Notes under the pieces: model-generated | The model's database searches: none | The model's input: only the letters and a program-made list of their open reading frames with translations | What the model was told of the DNA's origin: nothing | Shown here: positions 37,413-46,459 of the stretch, in pieces | How the letters are laid out: the number at the start of each line of letters is the position of its first letter | Position numbering within the stretch: the first letter of the stretch is position 1 | From: Candidatus Thalassarchaeaceae archaeon | Lineage (GTDB): Archaea; Thermoplasmatota; Poseidoniia; Poseidoniales; Thalassarchaeaceae | Assembly: GCA_045568075.1 (NCBI GenBank) | Contig: JBJLBP010000001.1 | Location: 102,307 to 166,306 of the forward strand | Direction: 5' to 3' | Length of the DNA: 64,000 nt | Position numbers and translations under genes: made by a program

Positions 37413-38657
37413 TTGGCCCGACGCAATGGTGTGAATGAGCGCAGGCGTAGGCTATTGGTCGTCAAGGCGGCGATGACCGTCTATGGTGGCGCAGCACGCG
37501 ATTTGCTGCGAAATCTTCCGGCTATTGCTGAGCAATTCGAGGTTCGATTTCTTTGCCTAAACCTACGTGATTCGCAGCGCTCTCTAATTGAATCGATAGG
37601 GGTCGAAGTCCTTTGCCCGGAGCAACATTGGGAGGCTGAAGGCGGCCTGTGGAACGAGATCGTCGCGGGTCAGGAACGTAGTGCAGCGGCTGCATGGCGA
37701 GCATTTGCTCCAGCTGCCGAAGCAATCGAGTGGGCCGATGCGATTCATCTGACCGGCGGGAATGGTTCGATGGAGTTTCCAGCCCTAGTTCCCGCCGACA
37801 AGCCAATGCACTTGCATTTCCTTGAATCAAAACCAGGTATTCATGATGATATCAGCCACCTGAAGCCGGATGGCAGTGGTGGATGGCGCCCGCGCCTCTT
37901 GCATATTCTGCAAAGACGGCAGCGGGCGCGAATCGAAGCCTCATTCCGAGGCTTCGGCAACAATCCAAACTGGATAGTAAGTGCCAACTCCTCCTTCTCT
38001 GCCTCGAATCTCAAGCGAATCTACAACATTGATGGAGGAGTTCTACATCCTTCTGTAGATCTCTCAGAGTTCCCTCGCGAGCCGAGTTTTGGAGAGACTG
38101 CGGCATACGAAGCCGCAGGAGTTGGTGAGGTTGGAACGTATGCTGTGACAATCGGGCGGATTTCGAGGTTCAAGGGAACTTACGAGACGGTCGAGCACCT
38201 TGTCGGAAGCGGTCTCGAACTTGTCGTCATCGGCGGTGGTTCCGCCGATGATATCGAGTCACTACAAGCCTATGGAGAACGAAACGGAGTTACTGTTCGA
38301 GTTCTCTCTGGACTTTCATCAGAAGCCATGCGCGCTATCATGCGTAACGCCGCGGCAGTAGTCGGATTGGCTCATGGCGAGGCCTTTGGATTGACACCAA
38401 TCGAAGCGATGGCTCTTGGTGTTCCGCCTATCTTCGTCAATGAGGGAGGCTATCGAGAGACTGTAGTTGACGGTAGTAATGGGCGGCTCATTGAACGGGG
38501 CGACCTCGAATCGTGGAAGGGCGCGCTCGCACAAGCAACCGATCCGACAACTCGGAGCGCTTGGACTGAAGCAGGACTGGCCCGTATCGAAGAACTCGGT
38601 CTGACACCGGACAATCACGCACGCCGACTCGCGCAGCGAATCGCTTCACTGTTCTGA
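37413..38657 (+). CDS. glycosyltransferase family 4 (GT-B, group 1)
   Basis: C-terminal AHGEAFGLTPIEAMALGVPPI...EGGYRETVVDGSNG matches the GT4 EX7E region. Confidence 0.8.
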   Translation: MARRNGVNERRRRLLVVKAAMTVYGGAARDLLRNLPAIAEQFEVRFLCLNLRDSQRSLIESIGVEVLCPEQHWEAEGGLWNEIVAGQERSAAAAWRAFAPAAEAIEWADAIHLTGGNGSMEFPALVPADKPMHLHFLESKPGIHDDISHLKPDGSGGWRPRLLHILQRRQRARIEASFRGFGNNPNWIVSANSSFSASNLKRIYNIDGGVLHPSVDLSEFPREPSFGETAAYEAAGVGEVGTYAVTIGRISRFKGTYETVEHLVGSGLELVVIGGGSADDIESLQAYGERNGVTVRVLSGLSSEAMRAIMRNAAAVVGLAHGEAFGLTPIEAMALGVPPIFVNEGGYRETVVDGSNGRLIERGDLESWKGALAQATDPTTRSAWTEAGLARIEELGLTPDNHARRLAQRIASLF

Positions 38658-39371
38658 AGTGGGGCGCTGGTCATCGAATTCGTAGCCTAGATTGTCTATT
38701 TCCCAAGCACATATCTCAGCTATTCGAGCGATTGATTCATCATCATAAATCAACGAATAGTGATCTTTCGTTTTACGCGTCCCCGACTTCGCTCGTGGTA
38801 GAGAAATCTCGGGAAGTCCCAATTCGGCTAATGCAGCGGTCAGATCGGTATCGAGATTCTCGTAGCGGACGAATCGGTCGACCGCTGCTGCACCATCAAT
38901 CGTGAAAATATCGTAATCACTCAGAATATCTGATGGCGTCTCGCGGACAAAATCCGCGAAGCTAGTACCTTCTTTCAGTTGATCTGCATCGGGGCGGTTC
39001 TTACGCCAGAAGTAGAGTGAAACCGCCCGATCCCATGGATTTCGCACAACACAGAACTTTCGGTAAGAATCGAATGACTGTGCCCCTATCCTTTCACGAA
39101 TCTCACTAGCAGGGGCATGGTTGTAATGCCTCACGACATTCTTGCCGAGTAAACGACGAACGATTCCAGAAATCCCATTCTCTTGTATGCGTACCTCAAA
39201 ATTCTGAGGACCACGGTGGCCGAGATCGCGCCGGATTTGCTCATCCACTTCGTCAATCGGAGTAATCACGTCATCCGGCCCACAGTGTTGAGCGAGGGCG
39301 ATCTCGATGCTCGTACCCGCTGTCTTTCGGGTCTTGACGAATACGAACCTGTGCTGGTGAGAGACAATCAT
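38646..39371 (-). CDS. sulfotransferase family protein
   Basis: PAPS 5'-phosphosulfate-binding-like loop FVFVKTRKTAGTSIE and VVRNPWDRAVSLYFW motif. Confidence 0.65.
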   Translation of the reverse strand: MIVSHQHRFVFVKTRKTAGTSIEIALAQHCGPDDVITPIDEVDEQIRRDLGHRGPQNFEVRIQENGISGIVRRLLGKNVVRHYNHAPASEIRERIGAQSFDSYRKFCVVRNPWDRAVSLYFWRKNRPDADQLKEGTSFADFVRETPSDILSDYDIFTIDGAAAVDRFVRYENLDTDLTAALAELGLPEISLPRAKSGTRKTKDHYSLIYDDESIARIAEICAWEIDNLGYEFDDQRPTSEQ

Positions 39372-39450
39372 GTGGGGTTTGCGGTTTCGTGCTCATCTGT
39401 TTAACCATGACTGGATGGAATGATAGCGAAGACTGGCTTCGATTCAAACA

Positions 39451-40398
39451 ATGGCTTACACCGAGGTCGATCCAGAGGCTGCGGCTGCCATCCTGAAATC
39501 GGCTGGCTGCGCACCACTTTCGGCCGTCCAAAGCATATCGGGAGGTTGGGCAAATTCGAATTATCTGCTGGAACTTGAAGACGGAGAGCGTCTTGTGTTG
39601 AAGATCTGGGATGAACGCTCGCCTAAGGAAGTCAATCGGCTCAATTCCCATCTCGAACTAATCGCCTCGCACGGGGTACCTACACCAGTTCCTTTGCTGC
39701 TTGAAGGAGGAAGTAGAATGCTGGAAGTCGATGGCCGAGCTTGGATGCTGCTGCCTTTTGTCGATGCACCATGGCTGGCCGGCGACCGCTCTTCAATGAA
39801 GCATCTTGGCGAGTTGATGGCTCGGCTACATTCGATACCAGATGATGGGACCTTCATTTCGGAATATACGATGGGAACTGACGTTTGGCCTGAATTGTTT
39901 GAGAGAGCAGAGGCAGAGAATACTTGGTCGCCGTTTTTGCGCGAGTTGGAAGCAGAATTGGCACGACTGCCGAATCTATTGCCTGCGGGCTTACCACGTG
40001 GAATTATTCATGGTGATTTGTTTCAAGATAATGTTCTCGCGAGCGATGGAGAAGTGAAGGCCGTTCTCGATTTCGAGGATGTGTGCATCAATGTGCTCGC
40101 GAGCGATTTGGTGGTGGCCTTCATCGGTTGTGGCTGGGAAGACGGAGTGCCTGTTGAGGAACGCTGGACTGCGCTGCTCGAGGGTTACGAATCCGTGCGT
40201 CAGCTGAGTGAAAACGAACGAGCTGCGCTACCTGAATTATACTACTACGCGACGCTTTCGGTTGCGGCTTGGCGATATCGAAAATTCAGAATGGAAGTCA
40301 CCGGGACTGAACACTCTGACCGCTACAAGTTGATGACTGAGAGATTGGATATTCCACTACCATTCTTAGGCTACCAGCCGAGAGGTGGTGCTAGATGA
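39451..40398 (+). CDS. phosphotransferase (aminoglycoside phosphotransferase / homoserine kinase type II family)
   Basis: Catalytic IIHGDLFQDNVL and VLDFED motifs of the APH/CAK kinase fold. Confidence 0.7.
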   Translation: MAYTEVDPEAAAAILKSAGCAPLSAVQSISGGWANSNYLLELEDGERLVLKIWDERSPKEVNRLNSHLELIASHGVPTPVPLLLEGGSRMLEVDGRAWMLLPFVDAPWLAGDRSSMKHLGELMARLHSIPDDGTFISEYTMGTDVWPELFERAEAENTWSPFLRELEAELARLPNLLPAGLPRGIIHGDLFQDNVLASDGEVKAVLDFEDVCINVLASDLVVAFIGCGWEDGVPVEERWTALLEGYESVRQLSENERAALPELYYYATLSVAAWRYRKFRMEVTGTEHSDRYKLMTERLDIPLPFLGYQPRGGAR

Positions 40399-40862
40399 GT
40401 GCTGTAGTACATTCAATCAACATCAGCACCGAAGGAGGCGTTCCCAAGATGCCAATCAGCAAAGCAGAGGTTCGTTTTGCTGGAGTAGAGGGCGACTTCA
40501 ATCGCTTTCGAACTGAGAAAAAAGAAGGGGTTGGCAGCCGAGCAGTCACCCTATTCTCATTAGAGAGAATTCATCAATTGCAGAAAGAAGGTCACGCGAT
40601 TGGTGTTGGAACCACTGGTGAAAATATCACTGTAGAAGGTATTGATTGGGCTTCGCTATCTGTAGGAACTCGAATGATGGTTGGAGACGCAATGCTGGAA
40701 CTCAGCGAGCCGACGGCCCCCTGCAGCAAAATTGGCAAGTCATTTATTGACGGCGCTTTTTCAAGAATTGATCACGATATGGAAATTGGTTGGTCTCGAT
40801 GGTGTGCTTCGGTAATCGAAGAAGGGCATGTCGAAGTTGGTAGTCAAGTCATCATAATTTGA
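40395..40862 (+). CDS. MOSC domain-containing protein
   Basis: GVPKMPISKAEV...GVEGD...GENITVEGID...GDAMLELSEPTAPCSKIG with the conserved Cys. Confidence 0.75.
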   Translation: MSAVVHSINISTEGGVPKMPISKAEVRFAGVEGDFNRFRTEKKEGVGSRAVTLFSLERIHQLQKEGHAIGVGTTGENITVEGIDWASLSVGTRMMVGDAMLELSEPTAPCSKIGKSFIDGAFSRIDHDMEIGWSRWCASVIEEGHVEVGSQVIII

Positions 40863-40930
40863 AGGGAGCTCAATGCGAGCCCACCTATGTCGTAGGTGCC
40901 TAGGGATACATCCAGAGGACGATTAGAAAG

Positions 40931-41015
40931 TGGTGCAGAGGACAGGATTCGAACCTGTGAAGCACTACGCACTGGGACCTCATCCCAGCCCCTTTGACCG
41001 CTCGGGTACCCCTGC
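40931..41015 (-). tRNA. tRNA-Leu (anticodon GAG), type II with long variable arm, CCA encoded
   Basis: Reverse complement GCAGGGG-TA-CCCGAGCGGTCAAAGGG-G-CTGGG-ATGAGGT-CCCAG-...-ACAGG-TTCGAAT-CCTGT-CCTCTGC-A-CCA folds as a cloverleaf: 7-bp acceptor with one G-U pair, U33, anticodon GAG, canonical T-loop. Confidence 0.9.
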
Positions 41016-41192
41016 TTGGGAATTGGGCGACCGACAACGCCTATTTCAGAATGGCGAAGCGGGCTGGGCGCCCAATGTTGCAGACTGTAGAGAGCCGATT
41101 GGACTCTTACTCCATAGCTACTCAGCAGTGAGTGAATTTCTCCAATTCTATCATTTAGGCAATTTGATACCTGTACACTCTCCAAGAGGGGT

Positions 41193-43331
41193 GTGAGTAG
41201 GATTGCTACGGCGGCCTTCATGGTATTTTTCCTCTTGATTTCGATGCTTCCGATGGAGCATTCAACAAGTCTTGAGGAAGACTCTGGAATTTTCTATACT
41301 ACCAACTCAAATGATGGCTACAGTGCAATTGAGTACACCGATGAGCATACAACGATCAGTATCGGGCCATCGAATCGGCAAGCGAATCTTAGGATGCCTG
41401 GAAATCACGACTACAGTAGACCATTGCCTCTGGTAGTTTCGTTGCATGGTTACAGCGGAAATGGTTGGTCCAATGCGGCCTATATGCACCATTTTGACAG
41501 CATTCACGAAAATGAGCACCTTCTCCTCTACCCTGATGGTACAATCAATCTAGTAGGGATGCGTTACTGGAATGCTACTGATGGATGTTGTCAGTTTAGT
41601 GGCGATGTTGATGATGCAAATTACCTTCTGAACCTGATTAACGAGGCTATACAAAACTACGGAGCAGACCCCGATGGCATCGTGATCACAGGTCTATCAA
41701 ATGGTGGATTCATGAGTCATAGGATGGCTTGTGACGCGGGTGGTTCTATTCGTGCAATCGTCGCACTGAACGGAGTCACATGGGATGATTTCAGCAAATG
41801 TCCAGATACCGGTAGACCAGATATTCTCCACGTTCATTCAACCGCTGATACAGTAATCGCCTACAATGGTGGTGCGATTTGGGGGAGTGATTACCCCTCT
41901 GCTACCGAGACTGTTGGATATTGGGCCGACCGATCTGGATGTGATTCAACATGGACGTATCTAGGAACTAGAGATTTGTCGGGTAATGACGGAGTCGAAG
42001 AGAGTGATGAGTTTGAATTCCTCAATTGCAACTCTGGAAACCGAGTTGCTCATTGGAGAATCAATGGGGGTAGTCACGTACCGTCGCTAAATGACCCAGG
42101 GTGGGCAAACCAGAGCATTGATTGGGCTCTATCTGGGTTCGTTCGAGATTCCGATGGAGATAGCTATCGTGACGATGTAGATGCTTTCATCTACAATCCA
42201 AATGAATGGGCAGACGCCGATGGTGACTTAGTCGGAGATAACACAGACCAATGCGACCAAGACCCGAATGGCTGGGATGATTCGGATGGAGATGGCGTCT
42301 GCGTACCTGACGACCTGTTCCCAGATGATTCTAACGAGTGGTCGGATGCAGATGGAGATGGAATTGGAGATAATGGCGATCCCGATGATGATAACGACGG
42401 CTTTGATGACGACGTAGATGCCTTCCCCTTAGATTCGAGCGAGTGGTATGATACCGATGAGGACGGTATAGGGAATAATGCCGATTCCGATGATGATTCT
42501 GATGGGTGGCTGGATTCGGAAGATGCCTTCCCACTCGATGCAAGTGAGTGGGCGGACTTTGACGAGGATGGAATTGGCGACAATGCAGACTTGGATGACG
42601 ATAATGATGGATGGGCTGACCTAGACGAGGTAAGTTGTGAGACAAATCCTAACGATGATTCTCACATTCCACTAGACTCTGATGAAGACGGAATCTGCGA
42701 TCTAGTGGATTCGGATGACGATGACGATGGAATTGATGACTATCAGGACGTTTTTCCACTTAATCCAGAAGAGTGGTTTGATAGTGATGAGGACGGATTT
42801 GGGGATAATTCGGATGTATTTCCTGCTGACGACTCGGAATGGTTAGATTCGGATGAGGATGGAGTTGGCGACAACTCCGATGTCTTCCCGAATGACCCTA
42901 CCGAATGGGGCGACATTGATGGAGATGGAATTGGCGACAATATCGACGAATTTCCTGAGGATAGGAGTGAATGGATAGATTCCGATTCCGATGGAGTCGG
43001 AGATAATGGCGACGCGTTTCCCAATGATCCCTCTGAAACCACAGATACTGATTTAGACGGCGTCGGAGATAATTCCGATGTATTTCCCACCTACCCTTCG
43101 GAATGGATAGATTCCGACGAAGATGGCTTCGGCGACAATTCTGATGCTTTTCCAAGTGACCCCGACGAATGGTTGGATACCGATGGAGATGGTTACGGCG
43201 ATAACCGAGATTGGGCCCCTTTTGATTCGAAAGTATGGGATGAGCCTCCAGATAACACGATTATGATCGTGGGTGGAATTATCGTTCTAATTGTCGGCGT
43301 TCTTGTCTATACAGGTCGGCGGCAGGCTTGA
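41193..43331 (+). CDS. surface-anchored esterase (PHB-depolymerase-like alpha/beta hydrolase) with thrombospondin type-3 calcium-binding repeats
   Basis: Signal peptide; VVSLHGYSGNG...GLSNGGFMSH catalytic core; more than 15 DxDxDGxGDNxD repeats; C-terminal TM helix IMIVGGIIVLIVGVLVY; local GC about 40-45%. Confidence 0.7.
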   Translation: MSRIATAAFMVFFLLISMLPMEHSTSLEEDSGIFYTTNSNDGYSAIEYTDEHTTISIGPSNRQANLRMPGNHDYSRPLPLVVSLHGYSGNGWSNAAYMHHFDSIHENEHLLLYPDGTINLVGMRYWNATDGCCQFSGDVDDANYLLNLINEAIQNYGADPDGIVITGLSNGGFMSHRMACDAGGSIRAIVALNGVTWDDFSKCPDTGRPDILHVHSTADTVIAYNGGAIWGSDYPSATETVGYWADRSGCDSTWTYLGTRDLSGNDGVEESDEFEFLNCNSGNRVAHWRINGGSHVPSLNDPGWANQSIDWALSGFVRDSDGDSYRDDVDAFIYNPNEWADADGDLVGDNTDQCDQDPNGWDDSDGDGVCVPDDLFPDDSNEWSDADGDGIGDNGDPDDDNDGFDDDVDAFPLDSSEWYDTDEDGIGNNADSDDDSDGWLDSEDAFPLDASEWADFDEDGIGDNADLDDDNDGWADLDEVSCETNPNDDSHIPLDSDEDGICDLVDSDDDDDGIDDYQDVFPLNPEEWFDSDEDGFGDNSDVFPADDSEWLDSDEDGVGDNSDVFPNDPTEWGDIDGDGIGDNIDEFPEDRSEWIDSDSDGVGDNGDAFPNDPSETTDTDLDGVGDNSDVFPTYPSEWIDSDEDGFGDNSDAFPSDPDEWLDTDGDGYGDNRDWAPFDSKVWDEPPDNTIMIVGGIIVLIVGVLVYTGRRQA

Positions 43332-43712
43332 GTGCCTACCTGCACTTCACCCACCATGGAATGGCTAAAGCTAGTCGGTAAAGGACTGTTTTCTGGAGCG
43401 GTGATTGTAGCAGCGAGTGAGTTGGCAAAGAAGTCGTCAGCGTTCGGTGCATTGGTGGTCTCACTGCCGTTGACAAGCATCATGGCGATGTCTGTTCTGT
43501 ATCAAGACACGAAGGATACTGCTCGGGTTGCCGATTTTGCTGAGGGAATTCTCTGGCTAGTCTTCCCCTCCCTCGTACTCTTCGTGATATTGCCTCAAAT
43601 GCTCAGACGAGGCTATGAATTTGAGGTCGCGATGGCTGTTGGGATTTTAGGAACAATCGTAGCTTACGGTATCGGAATTTGGGCAGCACAATCCTTTGGA
43701 GACATCAGTTGA
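43332..43712 (+). CDS. small integral membrane protein (DUF3147-like)
   Basis: 126-aa ORF with 4 hydrophobic segments, starting 1 nt after the esterase stop. Confidence 0.5.
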   Translation: MPTCTSPTMEWLKLVGKGLFSGAVIVAASELAKKSSAFGALVVSLPLTSIMAMSVLYQDTKDTARVADFAEGILWLVFPSLVLFVILPQMLRRGYEFEVAMAVGILGTIVAYGIGIWAAQSFGDIS

Positions 43713-43719
43713 ATACTCC

Positions 43720-44997
43720 TCAGAGGCTAGTAAGACCCTCGTCGAGAAGGCTCAATGTTATCTCGACATCCTCCTCATTGAGCACCATCGGTGGCTTGAT
43801 TTTGATAACATTGTGAAGTGGGCCGTCTGTGCTCATCAACACACCCCGATCGCGCATGAAATCGACTAATGCCTGAGCTTCATCGGCCGCTGGCTCCAAG
43901 GTATCCGGGTCTCTAACCATCTCAAAACCTAGGAACAAACCTCGACCGCGAACATCACCGATGATTGGATGTCTGAGTTGTAACTCTCGAAGGCCTTCGA
44001 TAAAGCGTCCTCCGAGGTCCCTCGCTCGACCCATCAAGTCTCGATCTTCTATCTCATCGAGCACGGCCATACCGGTCGCGCACGATACTGGATTACCCCC
44101 AAAAGTACAGAAGAATTCCATCTCCTCAAATGAGGAAGCGATCTCTGGAGTCGTGAACACGGCTGCCATCGGATGGCCATTACCAATCGGTTTGCCCATC
44201 GTCACAATATCTGGAATCACGTCGTGTTCAGTGAAGGCCCACATGTCATCCCCAACGCGGCCGAATCCGACCTGAACCTCATCCGCTATACACACACCTC
44301 CGGCCGCCCTAACACTCTCAAAAACAGGAGCTAGGTAGCCTGCAGGAAGAGGTATCTGGCCGCCACAAGAAAGCATCGATTCAATGAGTAGTGCCCCTAT
44401 TCCTGCATCAGATTCAGCCTGCTCAATCACCTCAATAGCCTCACTAACAAAGTCACGATTACCGCCACGATATACATCGGGGAGAGGCATCACATGGACC
44501 CAAGGCTCCGGTTCGCCTGCCCCGCCGGGGCCACGGAATTTGTACGGACTCAAATCGACCAATTGTCCTGTATTGCCGTGGTATGCCCCCTCGACAACTA
44601 CTACGTCACGAACTCCTGTATGGCAGCGAGCCAAGCGTAGAGCCAATTCGTTTGCCTCGCTACCAGAATTCACTAGAAAACCGACACTCAAAGGCTCAGG
44701 CAAAGTCGCTGCTAAGCGCTCAAGATAATCGGTCAATCCAGGATACACATAGCGCGTATTCGTGTTAAGCAGAGCCATTTGGTTCGCCCCAGCAGCAACG
44801 ACCCTCGGGTTCGCATGCCCGACATGACATACATTGTTCACAAGATCCAGATATCTGGTTCCATCGTCCGCAAACAGATATTGCATCTCACCGCGGACGA
44901 TGTGAAGGGGTTGACCATGAGCAATCGAGAGCGCCTTGCCGAGATGCTTTTCGCGAGCAGCGAGCAACTCGTCCAGACGGCGCCCCTCATCATTCAT
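43720..44997 (-). CDS. class III pyridoxal-phosphate aminotransferase family protein
   Basis: [12 protein letters not shown] and [15 protein letters not shown] (PLP-lysine) motifs; ATG at 44997 inside ORF 43720-45105. Confidence 0.85.
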   Translation of the reverse strand: MNDEGRRLDELLAAREKHLGKALSIAHGQPLHIVRGEMQYLFADDGTRYLDLVNNVCHVGHANPRVVAAGANQMALLNTNTRYVYPGLTDYLERLAATLPEPLSVGFLVNSGSEANELALRLARCHTGVRDVVVVEGAYHGNTGQLVDLSPYKFRGPGGAGEPEPWVHVMPLPDVYRGGNRDFVSEAIEVIEQAESDAGIGALLIESMLSCGGQIPLPAGYLAPVFESVRAAGGVCIADEVQVGFGRVGDDMWAFTEHDVIPDIVTMGKPIGNGHPMAAVFTTPEIASSFEEMEFFCTFGGNPVSCATGMAVLDEIEDRDLMGRARDLGGRFIEGLRELQLRHPIIGDVRGRGLFLGFEMVRDPDTLEPAADEAQALVDFMRDRGVLMSTDGPLHNVIKIKPPMVLNEEDVEITLSLLDEGLTSL

Positions 44998-45412
44998 CGT
45001 CGAATACCTCGATCTCAACCTGGCGCTTGACAAGGTCGGTAAAGCGAGAGGTGTAGCGGGTTGCGCGGACGACGTGGTTGTCAATCCAGTGATAGTTTCC
45101 TCCACGAGGTTTGCCCATCAGTAAAGTGTGGTACTGAAAGTTATTCTCGGTCAGCCAACGCTCCGTCACTTCTCTATGATCCTCGGTTCTAGCTGTGAAG
45201 AAACAGATGTGATGCCCCTCGGAATACCAGCGATTGATGGTTTCGACCGCGTCGGGATAAACTTCCGCGGTCGCCATCCTCTCCGGTTCCTCATTTGGGA
45301 TGTCTTCTCCAACAGTACCATCAATGTCGATGAGGTAGTTCTTACTACCTTCAGGCAGGACTGGACTCACCTTGTTACCGTCCTCGTCGACGGTGTCGAT
45401 GAGTTTGCTCAT
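44990..45412 (-). CDS. HAD-superfamily phosphatase
   Basis: Motif [10 protein letters not shown] (DxDGT) near the N-terminus, motif II FFTAR; overlaps the aminotransferase start by 8 nt. Confidence 0.6.
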   Translation of the reverse strand: MSKLIDTVDEDGNKVSPVLPEGSKNYLIDIDGTVGEDIPNEEPERMATAEVYPDAVETINRWYSEGHHICFFTARTEDHREVTERWLTENNFQYHTLLMGKPRGGNYHWIDNHVVRATRYTSRFTDLVKRQVEIEVFDDE

Positions 45413-45592
45413 GCCGTAGCCTCCTGCGACGACCGTCCTTCAATGAGATGGCTGGTGCATCTCCATTCTGTATAGGTCAAAGCACGAATTTAGTGAGTGA
45501 GGCGAGGTTTGTATTAACCACATATATTCCCGAATGTGGAAGCGCGAATCCGGATTCCGAATAGTTATCAAGAGGATGTCGGACGGACGACC

Positions 45593-46390
45593 ATGCCTGG
45601 GGCATACGACAGGAGTCGTCAGGGTGCAGTCGTCCGAGAAATCTCGGCTAATTTTGACGAGGCTTTGTCTAAATTCTTCGGGACGCAAACGCCCAATCCT
45701 GTCGCCGCTCAGGGCGCTCATGATGCATACGTCGCTGCGCTGCGCGCACACGGAACTGAGGTCACAATCCTACCCAGCCTAGACGAACACCCTGATTGCT
45801 GCTTTGTTGAGGATACGGCTGTAATGATTGATGGGAAGGTGATTGTTCCCAATATGGGCCATCCATCTCGTGAAGGGGAGCAGGTCGATGTCGCCAATCA
45901 TTTGGGTCAGACGGCCGAGATCGTACAGATGCCCGCTGGAGCTACCTTGGATGGAGGTGATGTGATCTTCTTTGACGATCGCTACCTCGTCGGGCTATCG
46001 ACGAGGACTAATTTGGCCGGTGCAGAGTTCCTCGCGGAGCATGTCCGCGCGGATGATTTTGAGGTGGAGTTCATCGATATCCCCTCCTCAACCCTCCACC
46101 TCACCACCGTTTGTTCCTCCCCTCGTGAAGGGATGCTCCTCGCTGCTGAGGGTCATCTGACTCCTTCTCAAATTGAGCCTCTAACTGAGGATGTGATTTG
46201 GGTTCCAAACGAGGAAACTTATGCCGCGAATACGATTGGGTATAGAGGCGACCGAGTAATCATCGCTGATGGTTTTTCATTCACTCGTCAGGCGCTGCTC
46301 GACGAAGGATTCCGCCTGACGAGCGTCGACATGAATGAGATAATGCAGGCTGATGGTTCACTCACATGTCTCTCGGTCTTCAGCGCTTGA
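45593..46390 (+). CDS. N(G),N(G)-dimethylarginine dimethylaminohydrolase / amidinotransferase superfamily
   Basis: C-terminal catalytic Cys context ADGSLTCLSV resembles the DDAH active site; ATG at 45593 inside ORF 45536-46390. Confidence 0.6.
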   Translation: MPGAYDRSRQGAVVREISANFDEALSKFFGTQTPNPVAAQGAHDAYVAALRAHGTEVTILPSLDEHPDCCFVEDTAVMIDGKVIVPNMGHPSREGEQVDVANHLGQTAEIVQMPAGATLDGGDVIFFDDRYLVGLSTRTNLAGAEFLAEHVRADDFEVEFIDIPSSTLHLTTVCSSPREGMLLAAEGHLTPSQIEPLTEDVIWVPNEETYAANTIGYRGDRVIIADGFSFTRQALLDEGFRLTSVDMNEIMQADGSLTCLSVFSA

Positions 46391-46459
46391 AGATCTGTTC
46401 GAGTATATGTTGTAAATGAGCGCTGGAGCCGGCGGTTTCAACAACGGACCTGCGGTCCG

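Noticed and set aside
40863-40930. Integrated element downstream of the tRNA-Leu 3' end
   Set aside because: The genes on the 3' side of the tRNA (MOSC, phosphotransferase) are ordinary metabolic genes with no integrase, attachment-site repeat or phage genes.
42150-43230. Repetitive DNA that might suggest a CRISPR array (also 50480-51330)
   Set aside because: The repeats are in-frame codon repeats for DxDxDGxGDN thrombospondin type-3 units inside long ORFs, with variable spacing and no conserved direct repeat/spacer structure.
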